DNA from: a virus
Virus record (IMG/VR): IMGVR_UViG_3300049215_000527
Span: 21,178 to 85,177 of that record
Reading direction: 5' to 3' (one strand)
Length of the DNA: 64,000 bases
Position numbers and translations under genes: made by a program
Notes under the pieces: model-generated
Database searches by the model: none
Seen by the model: only the letters and a program-made list of their open reading frames with translations
What the model was told of the DNA's origin: nothing
Shown: piece after piece, positions 47,670 to 57,320 of the stretch
Layout of the letters: every line of letters starts with the position of its first letter
How positions within the stretch are numbered: position 1 is the stretch's first letter

Positions 47670-48014
47670 TTAGGCTTCGACGCCGAGAACGGTATTGATG
47701 ATCTTTTGGCCCGCAGCGCACCACACGCCATCACGGCATAGTTTGCAATCACGGAAGTGCTGGGCATCACGGTCGGACAGACCGCCGATGACAATGGGGG
47801 CGGTCGCCCGCCAAGATTGACCCGCATAACGAAAGGCCCAGGTCATGGAGTTGGGATGATAGAGTGCCGTGACCGTGATGCCCTCAGCAAGAGCCAGCAA
47901 AGCGCGTGCAGTGCGCGGCATAATCAGCCCCTCAAAGGTCGTTGCCCCTGGCCGTGTCCGATAACTGCTTTCCGGGGCGACGAAGGTATCCGGTGTGATG
48001 TGGATGATGGGCAT
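47670..48014 (-). CDS. Hypothetical protein with a Cys motif
   Basis: CKLCRDG.WC; GGAGG RBS. Confidence 0.5.
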   Translation of the reverse strand: MPIIHITPDTFVAPESSYRTRPGATTFEGLIMPRTARALLALAEGITVTALYHPNSMTWAFRYAGQSWRATAPIVIGGLSDRDAQHFRDCKLCRDGVWCAAGQKIINTVLGVEA

Positions 48015-48252
48015 GCGTTACCCCTCCTCCCCTTCGCGCAATCGGGCCATGTGGGCCTCGCCGACCCACGAGGAAAACAGTTTGGCAAGGGTGTCGATTT
48101 CATCAGGTCGCAAGCGCACAGGTGGGAAGGTCCCCGCCTCCGCAGGATTAGGATGGGTATAGGTCAGCACATACCAGCCGAGCTTGCCCGTTTCAGGGGC
48201 TACGCGGAATGGCCCCACCTCGATTGCCATCGTCATCATCTTCGTCTGCTCC

Positions 48253-49095
48253 TCATGCCACTTGCGGCCATGCGTGATATTGTTGCCCGTCGAGCAGGTC
48301 GCCGCCGGACTTGGATGTGACACCACCCCATTGCTTAAAGAAAAAGGGTATATCGGCGGCGGCGCATTGGTCACGGATATCCCGCGCCCACTCAGGGTGC
48401 ATCGGGCGATGCTTGGGACCAGATTCACCGCCGACGATAATCCAGTGCAGCGGATATATAGGGATCTTTGCCGAGGGTGACCAAGGAATCTGGCCCCAAG
48501 CGTCGCCACGGCGTGCTTCTTCTGGTTTATAGATAGGTAGCCAAGGCGACAAGTCCACTGGCCCCAATAGTGGCTCACAGGACAAAAACCGCACCTTGGC
48601 CGGAATGTCCAACAACTGTGGGATGCGGATATCCGCCCAGTGCTGATTTTCCACTGACGTGCCAATCCACACATTGGCGGGAAACCCAGCCAGCCAGGGT
48701 AGCGGTACCATATGCAGCACCTGCTCTGGGCGCTTCGTCAACAAAAGCCACGTGAGTGCCGTCGTTTCCTCAATGAGGGGCCAGAGCTTTTCGCGCTCAC
48801 GGGCAACGATGGGATGATCCTCAAAGACATCGGCCATTGAGGCGCAAAAGACCTTGGCAGGTTTTCCGGCCCCTTGTGCATGGCGATGCCAGCGTAGGGG
48901 TTGCTGCCAGTAGGAGGCGCTCAAGATCCGCCGATGGCCTTTGCCCTGCTTTGGCCCTTTACCCCACACATCAAAGCCATAGCGTGCGGATAGGTCCGCG
49001 GCATAGCAGTGGGCGCATCCGGGCGATACCCGCTCGCAACCCCAAACAATGTTGAATGTATGGTCCGTCCAGCTTATGCCAGTAGTTTCACCCAT
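48253..49095 (-). CDS. DUF5131 (phage Gp37/Gp68) family protein
   Basis: TGISWTDHTFN...GC..VSPGCAHCYA; VFCASMADVFE; LLLTKRP; FLSCEPLLG; WIIVGGESG; FFFKQWGG. Confidence 0.93.
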   Translation of the reverse strand: MGETTGISWTDHTFNIVWGCERVSPGCAHCYAADLSARYGFDVWGKGPKQGKGHRRILSASYWQQPLRWHRHAQGAGKPAKVFCASMADVFEDHPIVAREREKLWPLIEETTALTWLLLTKRPEQVLHMVPLPWLAGFPANVWIGTSVENQHWADIRIPQLLDIPAKVRFLSCEPLLGPVDLSPWLPIYKPEEARRGDAWGQIPWSPSAKIPIYPLHWIIVGGESGPKHRPMHPEWARDIRDQCAAADIPFFFKQWGGVTSKSGGDLLDGQQYHAWPQVA

Positions 49096-49343
49096 CGTCT
49101 TCGTCTTCTCCATAGCGGTCATAAATGTCGGTGACGCGATAGCCCGTTGCCGTGTGCGCCACCGTCACACTGGTTTCATCTTCGTCAGGATGCTGAAAGG
49201 TCAGGCACCAGCGTTTCCGGTGGTATTTCACGTCTAGCGATGATTGGATGTTGATGAGGACGGCAATCATCGCCTGATCGCCGATGGCCGCACGCGCCAA
49301 ATCAATCACCTCAAGCGGGGCATCACTCTGTTGCATCATCGGC

Positions 49344-49811
49344 TTACTCCGCAACGATGGTGTCAGGAACGCCCGCCGCCACGTTGGGCTTGCGCCCGCG
49401 TCGCTTGCGGGGCGGTGGCGTGGCGTCGGCATCCGCTGGCAACGTCATCACCGGAAAGATCGGGCCGACACCCCCGACCGCCAGGCGATCCTTGAGGGCG
49501 TTGGCATACACCGCGTTGGTCTTGTTCACCGCCTCCTCGATGGGATAATTGTGGTACAGCATCAGCCGAAAGAAGGCGTCGGCTTCGAGACCTGCTTGCA
49601 GGCGAGCATATTCGGCGGGGGCAAGCCCTAATTCCTGGCGCAACTGCTGGACCTTATCCTGGCTGAGCTTGGCCACTTGGCACACGTCATCGGCGGCCTG
49701 TTGTAGACGGGCGATCTGCTCAGGGTGCACGCCCAAGCTGCGGCCCATTGCCACGAGGCTGGTGCCATGATCGGCCAGGATGGCGCATACTTCGGATGCG
49801 AAAACTCCCAT
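49344..49811 (-). CDS. Hypothetical HTH-like protein
   Basis: GVFASEVCAILADHG...GVHPEQIARLQQ. Confidence 0.55.
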   Translation of the reverse strand: MGVFASEVCAILADHGTSLVAMGRSLGVHPEQIARLQQAADDVCQVAKLSQDKVQQLRQELGLAPAEYARLQAGLEADAFFRLMLYHNYPIEEAVNKTNAVYANALKDRLAVGGVGPIFPVMTLPADADATPPPRKRRGRKPNVAAGVPDTIVAE

Positions 49812-49813
49812 GT

Positions 49814-50368
49814 CTAGTCCTCCTTTGGTGGGGTGAGTAACAGTGTCGGCTGTGCGATGCGCCGAGTTGTGGCAGAGATCTGTGTCAGTTGGTCCACCGT
49901 CAATAGTTGGGTGGGTTTATGGCTGGTGTAGCGCCACACCGGGCAGGGGTCGATGTACCAGCGCATGGCGGCATAGCCCCACCAGATGTAGGGTCGCATG
50001 GTGCAGAGCGTGGCGTAAATACCTTCCCATCCCACCATGCCGAGCGGCGCGGTGTCTTCCAGCCACAGGGGTACGGCGGGATCGTGGAAGTAGAACTGGG
50101 CCGGGGTGGGGTGACGATTGCCACAGAGGATGGCCGGGCAACTCGCCTCGGCACTAAACAGCCGGAAGACGCGGCGCACATCGGCGCTGGCCCGCACGAG
50201 AGCGGTGCGCAGGTCATAGGTCCGAGCAGGCGTGGCATCTTTATTCCACTGCCAATAGGCACCATGGCGCACTGGGGGCAACAGATCCTCGGCCACGGGC
50301 GTGGTGGTCATCTGACCAATACGACTAATGGGGCTGGATTTCGCGCCGTGAAAACTCTCACTCATCAC
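49814..50368 (-). CDS. Trp-rich hypothetical protein
   Basis: Coupled ORF of 184 aa. Confidence 0.45.
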   Translation of the reverse strand: MMSESFHGAKSSPISRIGQMTTTPVAEDLLPPVRHGAYWQWNKDATPARTYDLRTALVRASADVRRVFRLFSAEASCPAILCGNRHPTPAQFYFHDPAVPLWLEDTAPLGMVGWEGIYATLCTMRPYIWWGYAAMRWYIDPCPVWRYTSHKPTQLLTVDQLTQISATTRRIAQPTLLLTPPKED

Positions 50369-50600
50369 GCGGCCCCCTTGGGCATCCTGGGTGCCTTGGG
50401 GGTGCTGCCCCCTTTCTTGCCGATGCGCGAATAATACTCTGGCCCAATGCGGTGTAATACCCCATCCCGTGCCGCTCCTTCACCGCCGCCCCACCTTTCC
50501 GCCCGATTTCCACAAAGTGCTCGTGAGAGCACTTCGTGCGGTTGGCCTGGCTCCCGCGTTTGCCCGCAGCGGCCAGTTCGTCGTGTTTGTCCATTGGCAT
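50365..50600 (-). pseudogene. Frameshifted KGG-repeat (GsiB/Em-like) stress protein
   Basis: EIGRKGGAAVKERHG in one frame, GPEYYSRIGKKGG in another; the second frame's stop is coupled to the next start. Confidence 0.65.
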
Positions 50601-50606
50601 CTCCTT

Positions 50607-51068
50607 TCAGGAATGGCCGTGCAGATAAAGCACGGTGATACTGTCCCACGGCATCAGGAATTGTTGGCAATAGATGCTGGTGAAGAGCCAGAGGAAAAGG
50701 ATCACACAGAGGGACAGGGTGATAACGAGAGCATGAAAGCGGTCAAAGCGATATTGCAATGCGTTATATTGTTTCGAGAAGATCTCATTCCTCTGGTTCA
50801 GGCAGCCTTGCAACCGTTCGGCGCGCAGGTGTTCGGCCTCGTAGGCCCCGTGCCAGCGTTTGGCCACATACGCGGCCTGTTGCGCGGTGAAGGCGGTCGC
50901 CGCCACCACTTGCCGCAGGTGATGGGCGACGGGTTCCGTATCGGGTTGCCAGGCCTGGGCCTTGTCGGATGGCAGAAAGCAATCACCATTGCAATAAGCA
51001 CAGAAGGCAATGGCATCACCATCCTGACGCCACCCCGCCCCTTTGCAGGCGGGGCATTCTACCGTCAT
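50607..51068 (-). CDS. DnaJ-type Zn-finger protein with a C-terminal TM
   Basis: CPACKGAG...CAYCNGDC. Confidence 0.6.
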   Translation of the reverse strand: MTVECPACKGAGWRQDGDAIAFCAYCNGDCFLPSDKAQAWQPDTEPVAHHLRQVVAATAFTAQQAAYVAKRWHGAYEAEHLRAERLQGCLNQRNEIFSKQYNALQYRFDRFHALVITLSLCVILFLWLFTSIYCQQFLMPWDSITVLYLHGHS

Positions 51069-52003
51069 GACTGCACCTCGGCAATCATCGTGGCCCCTGG
51101 TTCCTCCTGCGTCCAGGGTGCCAGTGCCACAGCGAAGTCGCGCATCGCCTGGTAACGCCGGGCGGGGTCAGGGTAAAAGGCCCCGTGCAGCACCATCGCC
51201 AGTTCCTTGGGAACGGCGGGCTGATACCGGTTCACGAGATCGGGCATCTTGTGGATGTGGGCATAACCCACCTCGTTGACGGAGCCAATGAAAGGGGGCC
51301 GTCCAGCGAGCAGGGCATAGATGAGGCAACCCAAGGCATAGACATCGGAGCGGGCGTCGCCGTCCTGGCCCTGGATCTGTTCGGGGGCCATGTATTCCGG
51401 TGTTCCCACTGCGCTGCCCGCCGAGGTCAAACGGCTATCGGCCTGCATGATGCGGGCGATGCCAAAATCGGCCAGCTTGACGTGGGTCACGTCCTCGGCG
51501 TCCACGAGCACGTTCTCTGGTTTCAAATCGCGATGTAGGACGCCGCGCTCGTGGGCATGCTGCAAGGCATTACACAGTTGCAGCGCAATCGCCATCGCCG
51601 CTGGGATATCGTACTCTGGCGGGTGCTGGCTGCTCGGCGGGTGAATATGCTCGGCCAGGGTGCCACCCAGCATCAGTTCCATCGCAAACCACAGGAAGGG
51701 TCCCTCGCGGCCCGCGTCAAAGAGTTTGACGATGTTGGGGTGATCGAGGGCGATGAGGATATTGCGTTCTTGGGTGAAGCGACCCGGACTGGCTAAAGGC
51801 GTCGCCCGTTGGGTGTCGAGCACCTTGAGGGCCACCTCCTGGCCCGTGTCCAGATCCGTGGCTTGAAAGATGGAGGCTTGCCCCCCATCGCGCAGACTGC
51901 GGCCTAGGCAATAACGTTGCCCCCAAATGGAGCCGATGGTCACCAGCAGGCGCGTCGGCGCGCCAGGTTGAAAGGTTGGGGTGTCCCAGGAATCGTTCCC
52001 CAT
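51065..52003 (-). CDS. Hanks-type Ser/Thr protein kinase (catalytic domain only)
   Basis: VALKVL, HRDLKPENVLV, VKLADFGIA, GTPEYMAPEQ, SDVYALG. Confidence 0.96.
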   Translation of the reverse strand: MGNDSWDTPTFQPGAPTRLLVTIGSIWGQRYCLGRSLRDGGQASIFQATDLDTGQEVALKVLDTQRATPLASPGRFTQERNILIALDHPNIVKLFDAGREGPFLWFAMELMLGGTLAEHIHPPSSQHPPEYDIPAAMAIALQLCNALQHAHERGVLHRDLKPENVLVDAEDVTHVKLADFGIARIMQADSRLTSAGSAVGTPEYMAPEQIQGQDGDARSDVYALGCLIYALLAGRPPFIGSVNEVGYAHIHKMPDLVNRYQPAVPKELAMVLHGAFYPDPARRYQAMRDFAVALAPWTQEEPGATMIAEVQS

Positions 52004-52051
52004 GTCATTCCCCCTCGCGACAAATACAGCTTACTTGCTGTTTGAGGGTAC

Positions 52052-52282
52052 AAGAAAGGCCGTGCTCGTGGAGCACGGCCAATGGAGTAGCAAGCACCCG
52101 ATGTGCTATACTACGATTACGGCTGGCTCCACACGCTCGTAACGTGTGGAAAGAGTCTAGCAGTGAGAGGAGGCTGGTACCCAACTCTCACTGTGCCTGT
52201 GTGGTGGGGCGCTAGCAGCGCGTCCCTGCGGACAGCATCGCACGCGATACTTCTAGTATACGGCTGAGCACTGATTTGTCAA
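52052..52282 (-). ncRNA. Candidate sRNA/leader RNA B with its own promoter and terminator
   Basis: TTGACA(52282-52277)-16-TATACT; hairpins 52161-52193 and 52129-52149; terminator ggccgtgctc/gagcacggcc plus U-tract. Confidence 0.5.
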
Positions 52283-52339
52283 GGATGATTTGTGAGCGAA
52301 TAGTGTGCAACCCCTGAACAAACCCTCAACCGCAGCGAA

Positions 52340-52594
52340 ACAAAAGCCACCCGCCACGCCGTGCACGGATGCGCAACGGGTAGCGAACGGTCGGCAAGGC
52401 ATCCAACCATTTCAATCAAACATGAGCCTCATCTGAGGCGAACAGCATAGCCATATGCTATGCTAGCCATAGGTGTGCCGCGCGGGCCTTGTCCGTTGGG
52501 CGTGCCGAGTGGGCGTTGGAGTCACTACCTCCGGCGTCCACGTCTCCCGTATATGGCTCATGAGCAAGATAGCCCAAATGCGCTACCCTGTCAA
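52340..52594 (-). ncRNA. Candidate sRNA A with its own promoter and terminator
   Basis: TTGACA(52594-52589)-17-TATCTT; terminal stem gctacccg/cgggtggc plus UUUU, with G.U pairs valid on the minus strand. Confidence 0.5.
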
Positions 52595-52637
52595 ATGGGT
52601 TGTAAGAAAAGATTAAGACTTGTTTGATTGTTCCGGT

Positions 52638-52880
52638 TCATTTTCCATTATCAATGATTGACTCTGGAATGTCCGAGTTTGGTGCCTCTTCATCAATCAG
52701 ATCTCTGACCTTAACACCAAGTGCCGCTGCCAACGCTTCGAGTGTTTGAAGCGTTGCGTTATATTCAGGGTTATTGAAGATGCGCAGAATAACATTGTAA
52801 GCCACGTTCGACCTTTTAAATAGTTCGGTGGCATCGATGTTCTGTGCTTCTGCAATTTCCTTGACTCGCAATCGAGCCAT
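52638..52880 (-). CDS. XRE-family HTH regulator
   Basis: MARLRVKEIAE...NVAYNVILRIFNNP...TLQTLEALAAALGVKVRDLI. Confidence 0.9.
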   Translation of the reverse strand: MARLRVKEIAEAQNIDATELFKRSNVAYNVILRIFNNPEYNATLQTLEALAAALGVKVRDLIDEEAPNSDIPESIIDNGK

Positions 52881-52907
52881 GTTTTTAATCCCCTCGGTCA
52901 TGTTGAT

Positions 52908-52991
52908 ATGATACCGTACATTGTCGCCATTGTCAAGGGTACCGTTTAAGACGGTCTACATCTTGACGCATGCCTTAAAAGGTGTTATAAC
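52908..52991. promoter_or_regulatory. Back-to-back sigma-70 promoters with a central palindrome
   Basis: Minus: TTGACA(52936-52931)-17-TATCAT; plus: TTGACG(52963)-17-TATAAC; accgt-ttaag-acggt at 52941-52955. Confidence 0.75.
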
Positions 52992-53043
52992 TTTCACAGG
53001 CGACACTGTAAGGTGATTCCATCGCACCGGAACAACTGAAAAG

Positions 53044-53469
53044 CTACGGTTTCTGAGTTAGAATCCACTGTTCGATGTCCAGTTTCAGGCGGTCATATGA
53101 CACCAGAACCTGATCGACGTACCGGATGAACGCTTGAAACGGTTGCAGATCCACCGTTTCCTTGTGGCGCATGTTTTCGCGGTGTTTAGCCCGCATAGTT
53201 TTGTAATCCCCACGCCGCATGAAGAAGGAGAGTCCCAACGCATCCGCTTTCATCTGGCGATCAAAGCGCCCCTGGGCGCGCACGGTCTTCATGTGGCTAC
53301 GCACATCCTGCAAGAGCAGTTTCAGTTCTTTCTTGGCAAGGTTGACAGCGGCGATGGCATGACGTGCCTCAGTCACCGTTGTGTAGTGCAGAGCATTCAC
53401 CCGCAGCATGATCGTGTTACGGCGTTGTTCGTAGGGCTCTAGGGGGTCATGCGCTGGCTGGCGAAACAT
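53044..53469 (-). CDS. Helical hypothetical protein
   Basis: GGAGG RBS before ATG 53469. Confidence 0.55.
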   Translation of the reverse strand: MFRQPAHDPLEPYEQRRNTIMLRVNALHYTTVTEARHAIAAVNLAKKELKLLLQDVRSHMKTVRAQGRFDRQMKADALGLSFFMRRGDYKTMRAKHRENMRHKETVDLQPFQAFIRYVDQVLVSYDRLKLDIEQWILTQKP

Positions 53470-53552
53470 ACCTAGTCCTCCTGTTAAGTTGACGTCTGCG
53501 ATGTGACAGCATACACTAAACCTCAAGGATAACTTGTGGTGTGGTGGTGTGT

Positions 53553-53765
53553 ATGGCGCGAAAAAAGGGCGTGTGGCGATTAGTGACGATCGCTGAAGCG
53601 GCACGCGAATATGACATGGCTTATGACCGCATGCGCAATCTGATCCGGCGGTCACAGATTCCGGCGTACCCCTCTCCCACGGGCAATCGTCGTTCCAAGG
53701 TGGTATATCGAGCAACCGATATCAAATTACTCATGATCCCGGCCTCATTGCCGCGTGCATCATGA
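53553..53765 (+). CDS. Small excisionase-like HTH protein
   Basis: LVTIAEAAREYDMAYDRMRNLIRR. Confidence 0.55.
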   Translation: MARKKGVWRLVTIAEAAREYDMAYDRMRNLIRRSQIPAYPSPTGNRRSKVVYRATDIKLLMIPASLPRAS

Positions 53766-54347
53766 CATGGCCAGCATTTCGGTGGTTTTCCGACGGTAGC
53801 GCGGCAGGTCATCATTGCGATGCTGCCACCACTCATACACCGCATCCGCATAAAAGCGGGCGCGGGTCAGCGGATCAACATTGAGGACCAGCGCCATTTC
53901 CGCGCGCTCTTTGTAGGTGGATTCCCAGGTGAGGCGTTGCCAATCCCGATTGTGCTGCGCGAAACGCAGGGTATCCAGGATGTACTGTTTCACCTGCGCG
54001 TCTCTACCGTTTGCGGCTTCGCGCTTTTCGACCATATCCAGCAGGGCCTGCACATCCGGCAATCCTTCAACCCGTAGTACATCCTCTAGCGATACCTCCA
54101 ATTCACGGGCAATGATCAAGCAATGCCAGAGCAACGCCTGAATCTTGCCGTTGAGAATTTGCCCCAACGTGGTTTCGTTGATGTGCATCTCTGCTAAGCC
54201 GAGATGCGCTTGGGCGACCCAGGTTTCCCCGTCATGGTGTGCTGCCCAGTTCGCTTTGGCTTTGGCGAAGAACTGCTTGGCTTTGGTGGCATCAAACCCA
54301 CTTTCCATTGCAGCCATCTCCGCCGTCCGCTTGCGTGTTACCGCCAT
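53760..54347 (-). CDS. CI-like XRE repressor
   Basis: LAEMHINETTLGQILNGK...IARELEVSLEDVL; divergent from the cro-like gene. Confidence 0.7.
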   Translation of the reverse strand: MAVTRKRTAEMAAMESGFDATKAKQFFAKAKANWAAHHDGETWVAQAHLGLAEMHINETTLGQILNGKIQALLWHCLIIARELEVSLEDVLRVEGLPDVQALLDMVEKREAANGRDAQVKQYILDTLRFAQHNRDWQRLTWESTYKERAEMALVLNVDPLTRARFYADAVYEWWQHRNDDLPRYRRKTTEMLAMS

Positions 54348-54526
54348 AATCCCGCTCCATTACCTCTATTGTGTCACAGCAGATCTAGTCTACTAAAACA
54401 GTATAACACTGCCAAATAATTCTTGTCCAGAAAAGATAGGCTTTATCCCAGGATATTCCTAGTCCCGTGCAAAATTCTTATTCAGATTCTTTTCGTAGGA
54501 CAGGAGATCTGTCTAGGAATAGCATG

Positions 54527-54561
54527 TCTACCTTGACAAGGTAGATCATCCGTGGTATAGT
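54527..54561 (+). promoter_or_regulatory. Early promoter with an operator overlapping the -35
   Basis: TTGACA(54533)-17-TATAGT; palindrome tctaccttg-a-caaggtaga at 54527-54545. Confidence 0.85.
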
Positions 54562-54588
54562 CGAAATACGATAAGAAAGGAGAGCGCA

Positions 54589-54840
54589 ATGCGAACGACC
54601 AAGCCTGTCGTCAACGACCCGCTGGTGATTCAACCAGAAGATTTACGCGCCTGGCGCATGAGCGTAGGTGCCTCACAAACCGATGTGGCGAAGCTGGCAA
54701 AATCCTCGCAAGACCGCATTTCTCTTATTGAGACGCGGGTTGCTGGCACCATTCGTACCTACATTGCTGTCAACCGTGCCCTGCGCACGCTGGAATCACA
54801 ACGGCAGCAACGTGCGGCACAACTGGCGCATGCCGCCTAA
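54589..54840 (+). CDS. Cro-like HTH protein
   Basis: LRAWRMSVGASQTDVAKLAKSSQDRISLIETR; AAGGAG RBS. Confidence 0.85.
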   Translation: MRTTKPVVNDPLVIQPEDLRAWRMSVGASQTDVAKLAKSSQDRISLIETRVAGTIRTYIAVNRALRTLESQRQQRAAQLAHAA

Positions 54841-54895
54841 GAAAATGCCACCTGACGCGGTAAACGTCGGTGGCCAGAACCAAGGGAGTTACGAC

Positions 54896-55354
54896 ATGGT
54901 TCATTCCCATCCTACCACACGGCGCTTGAAGAGTGCAACCAAGCAGAACCTTTCGGCCCTTCCCCCCTCTTCCTCTGCCAGCGACGGGACGCCCCCTGCC
55001 CCGTCGCGCGGTGGGGGTCTCACCTACCCTGCTAAGACGCACGTCGATGACGTGTGCCAGGGGCGCATCATTACCGTCGAGAGCGAGTGGACGGGTACCC
55101 ATTGGGTGCATCGCATCCCTGGCCATGACAAGTGCGTCAATCACTGGTGCTGGTGTCGGGGTACCCATCATGCCGCCGAACTGAGCCTGCACGAGTGGGT
55201 CTGGTACATCCGGCATTACTATCTCATCCTGGGGGCCAGCGGCGATGATTATGCCTTCGGGCTCCGCAAGTTGGCCGAGATGGGCCTGACCCGTGAGACG
55301 GCGCGGCAGGTGCTCGACCCGCCCACAAATGCGACGGAAAGGCGGGCGGCGTGA
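54896..55354 (+). CDS. Hypothetical protein (Cys/His-rich)
   Basis: GGGAG RBS; coupled to the AAA gene. Confidence 0.5.
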   Translation: MVHSHPTTRRLKSATKQNLSALPPSSSASDGTPPAPSRGGGLTYPAKTHVDDVCQGRIITVESEWTGTHWVHRIPGHDKCVNHWCWCRGTHHAAELSLHEWVWYIRHYYLILGASGDDYAFGLRKLAEMGLTRETARQVLDPPTNATERRAA

Positions 55355-56415
55355 TGACACTGCAAATCAAGAAAGCCGTTAAGACACGGGTCAAGATCCG
55401 CATTGCGCTGGCTGGCCCCGCCGGATCGGGTAAGACGCTCACCTCGCTGCGTTTTGCCAAGGTGTTAGCCGAGGGCGGCAAGATTCTGGTCATTGATACA
55501 GAGCATGGCCGCGCAAGTGTTTATGCTAGTCGCTTTGATTTCGATGTGGTCGAACTCGACAAGTTTTCACCACTCATTTACGTGGAAGCGTTAGAACTTG
55601 CGGAACAAGAAAACTATAGCGTCGTTGTCATCGACAGTTTGACGCACGCATGGACAGGCGAGGGCGGCGTGCTTGAGATTGTGGACAAAGCCACGGCACG
55701 CGCCAAAAGCAACAACTCATTTACGAGCGGATGGTCCGTTGGTACGCCGCTGCACAACCAACTCATCAACAAAATCATGGCTGCCCCCTTCCATGTGATT
55801 GCTACGATGCGTGCCAAAACAGAGTATGTCATGGAGTCAACGGGGGGCAAATCTACCCCGCGCAAAACGGGCATGGCGGCAATCCAGCGGGACAACATGG
55901 ATTATGAATTCAACTTCTATGCCACGATGGATCGGGAGCATACCCTGAGCATTGAAAAGTCCGACCCCGAATGCTTTGAAGTAGGCGATCAGATTGGCTT
56001 GCCGGATGAGCGCGTGGCGGCAAAAATGTTGACTTGGCTCAATGATGGCGCAGAACCAACACCACGCGCAAAACAAGAAGATCCCCCTGCCCTCGCCACC
56101 GATGCGCAGTTAGTCGCCTTGCGTGACCTTGCGGCAAAGCTGGGACCAAATAGGCACATCATTCCTGCTGACCTCACTTTTCAGCGGGCCAACGAACTGG
56201 GCAAAGCATGGAAAGAGGAACTGACAAGACCCTCGCCGCAAACTGTCATGAATGTGGAGCCATTTGCCACGGATCGCCAAATCAGCAGCATCCACAAACT
56301 CTGCGCAGCACTTAGCCGCCCTGAACCGGATGTGGCAATGATGACTTTTGCCACCGCCCGTGAATTGATAACGCAACTCACCCAAGCTTATTCCGAATCG
56401 AGGCAGGCATCATGA
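55351..56415 (+). CDS. Sak4-like (AAA_24) recombination ATPase
   Basis: ALAGPAGSGKT, VIDTE, VVVIDSLTHAW, HVIATMRAK, YEFNF; two C-terminal ATDxQ repeats. Confidence 0.85.
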   Translation: MMTLQIKKAVKTRVKIRIALAGPAGSGKTLTSLRFAKVLAEGGKILVIDTEHGRASVYASRFDFDVVELDKFSPLIYVEALELAEQENYSVVVIDSLTHAWTGEGGVLEIVDKATARAKSNNSFTSGWSVGTPLHNQLINKIMAAPFHVIATMRAKTEYVMESTGGKSTPRKTGMAAIQRDNMDYEFNFYATMDREHTLSIEKSDPECFEVGDQIGLPDERVAAKMLTWLNDGAEPTPRAKQEDPPALATDAQLVALRDLAAKLGPNRHIIPADLTFQRANELGKAWKEELTRPSPQTVMNVEPFATDRQISSIHKLCAALSRPEPDVAMMTFATARELITQLTQAYSESRQAS

Positions 56416-56847
56416 CCACGATCCTCACCTATCTCATCATTCCCATCGCCTTTATCGCGGGCCTGGGCCTCGCCATTCGGTGGCAATCCCGCCGCCCGCG
56501 CCCTGAGGCCACCGACCCGAAAGAGCGGGCGCACGATGCGGTCATCGCGGCGCAATTCGCCCGCAAACGGCCATCACGCAAGGGGGATGTGCGATGACCC
56601 CCACACGTCGCAAACATTGGCAGCGCCGCCGTGCCGTGCGCACGATTGCCGCCGACCTCTATGCGCGGCAACGCCATATCACCGATGCCCGCACCCGCCT
56701 TGAGGTGATCACGGAACTCGTCATGGATGCCCGCCACGAATATCTCTGTGCCCGCGAATATGGCACATACATGGAAACGCAGGAATTGCAGCGCGTGTTT
56801 CTTTGGCTAGTGGATAAACGCGATAGGGCGAAAAAGGCGGTGGCGCG

Positions 56848-57207
56848 ATGACGACTACCCTACTGGGCTTTCCCCTTCCCAACCGCTGGCGATACTTGCG
56901 CCGCTTTGGGCCATCGGGCGCGGCGTATACCGACACCAAAACGGGCATGACCATTATCGAAACGATCAGCGATGTCTCTGATAGCGATCAGGACTGGCAT
57001 CACCTGAGCATGGCGCATGAAGACCATGTGCCAACCTATGACGAAATGAAGCTCTGCAAAGCGGTGTTCATTGGCGATGCGCACACGTCGATGCAGTTCT
57101 TTCCTGCCAAGAGTCGGCACGTCAACATCCACGAATACTGCCTGCATCTCTGGACACCAATGGACCACGATATCACACCAGATTTTGGCCAGGAGGGGAC
57201 GATATGA
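56848..57207 (+). CDS. DUF7694-like phage protein
   Basis: WHHLSMAH...PTYDEM...FIGD...QFFP...VNIHEYCLHLW. Confidence 0.75.
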   Translation: MTTTLLGFPLPNRWRYLRRFGPSGAAYTDTKTGMTIIETISDVSDSDQDWHHLSMAHEDHVPTYDEMKLCKAVFIGDAHTSMQFFPAKSRHVNIHEYCLHLWTPMDHDITPDFGQEGTI

Positions 57208-57320
57208 ACACGCAGGATTTCGCTATCATCGCCCTGGCGCTGTGCACCGTCATCGCCACCACACGGCCCGCCTGGCGGCATTGTGACGTGCCATGTGTGC
57301 TAGGAATGGAGGCATAGCCG

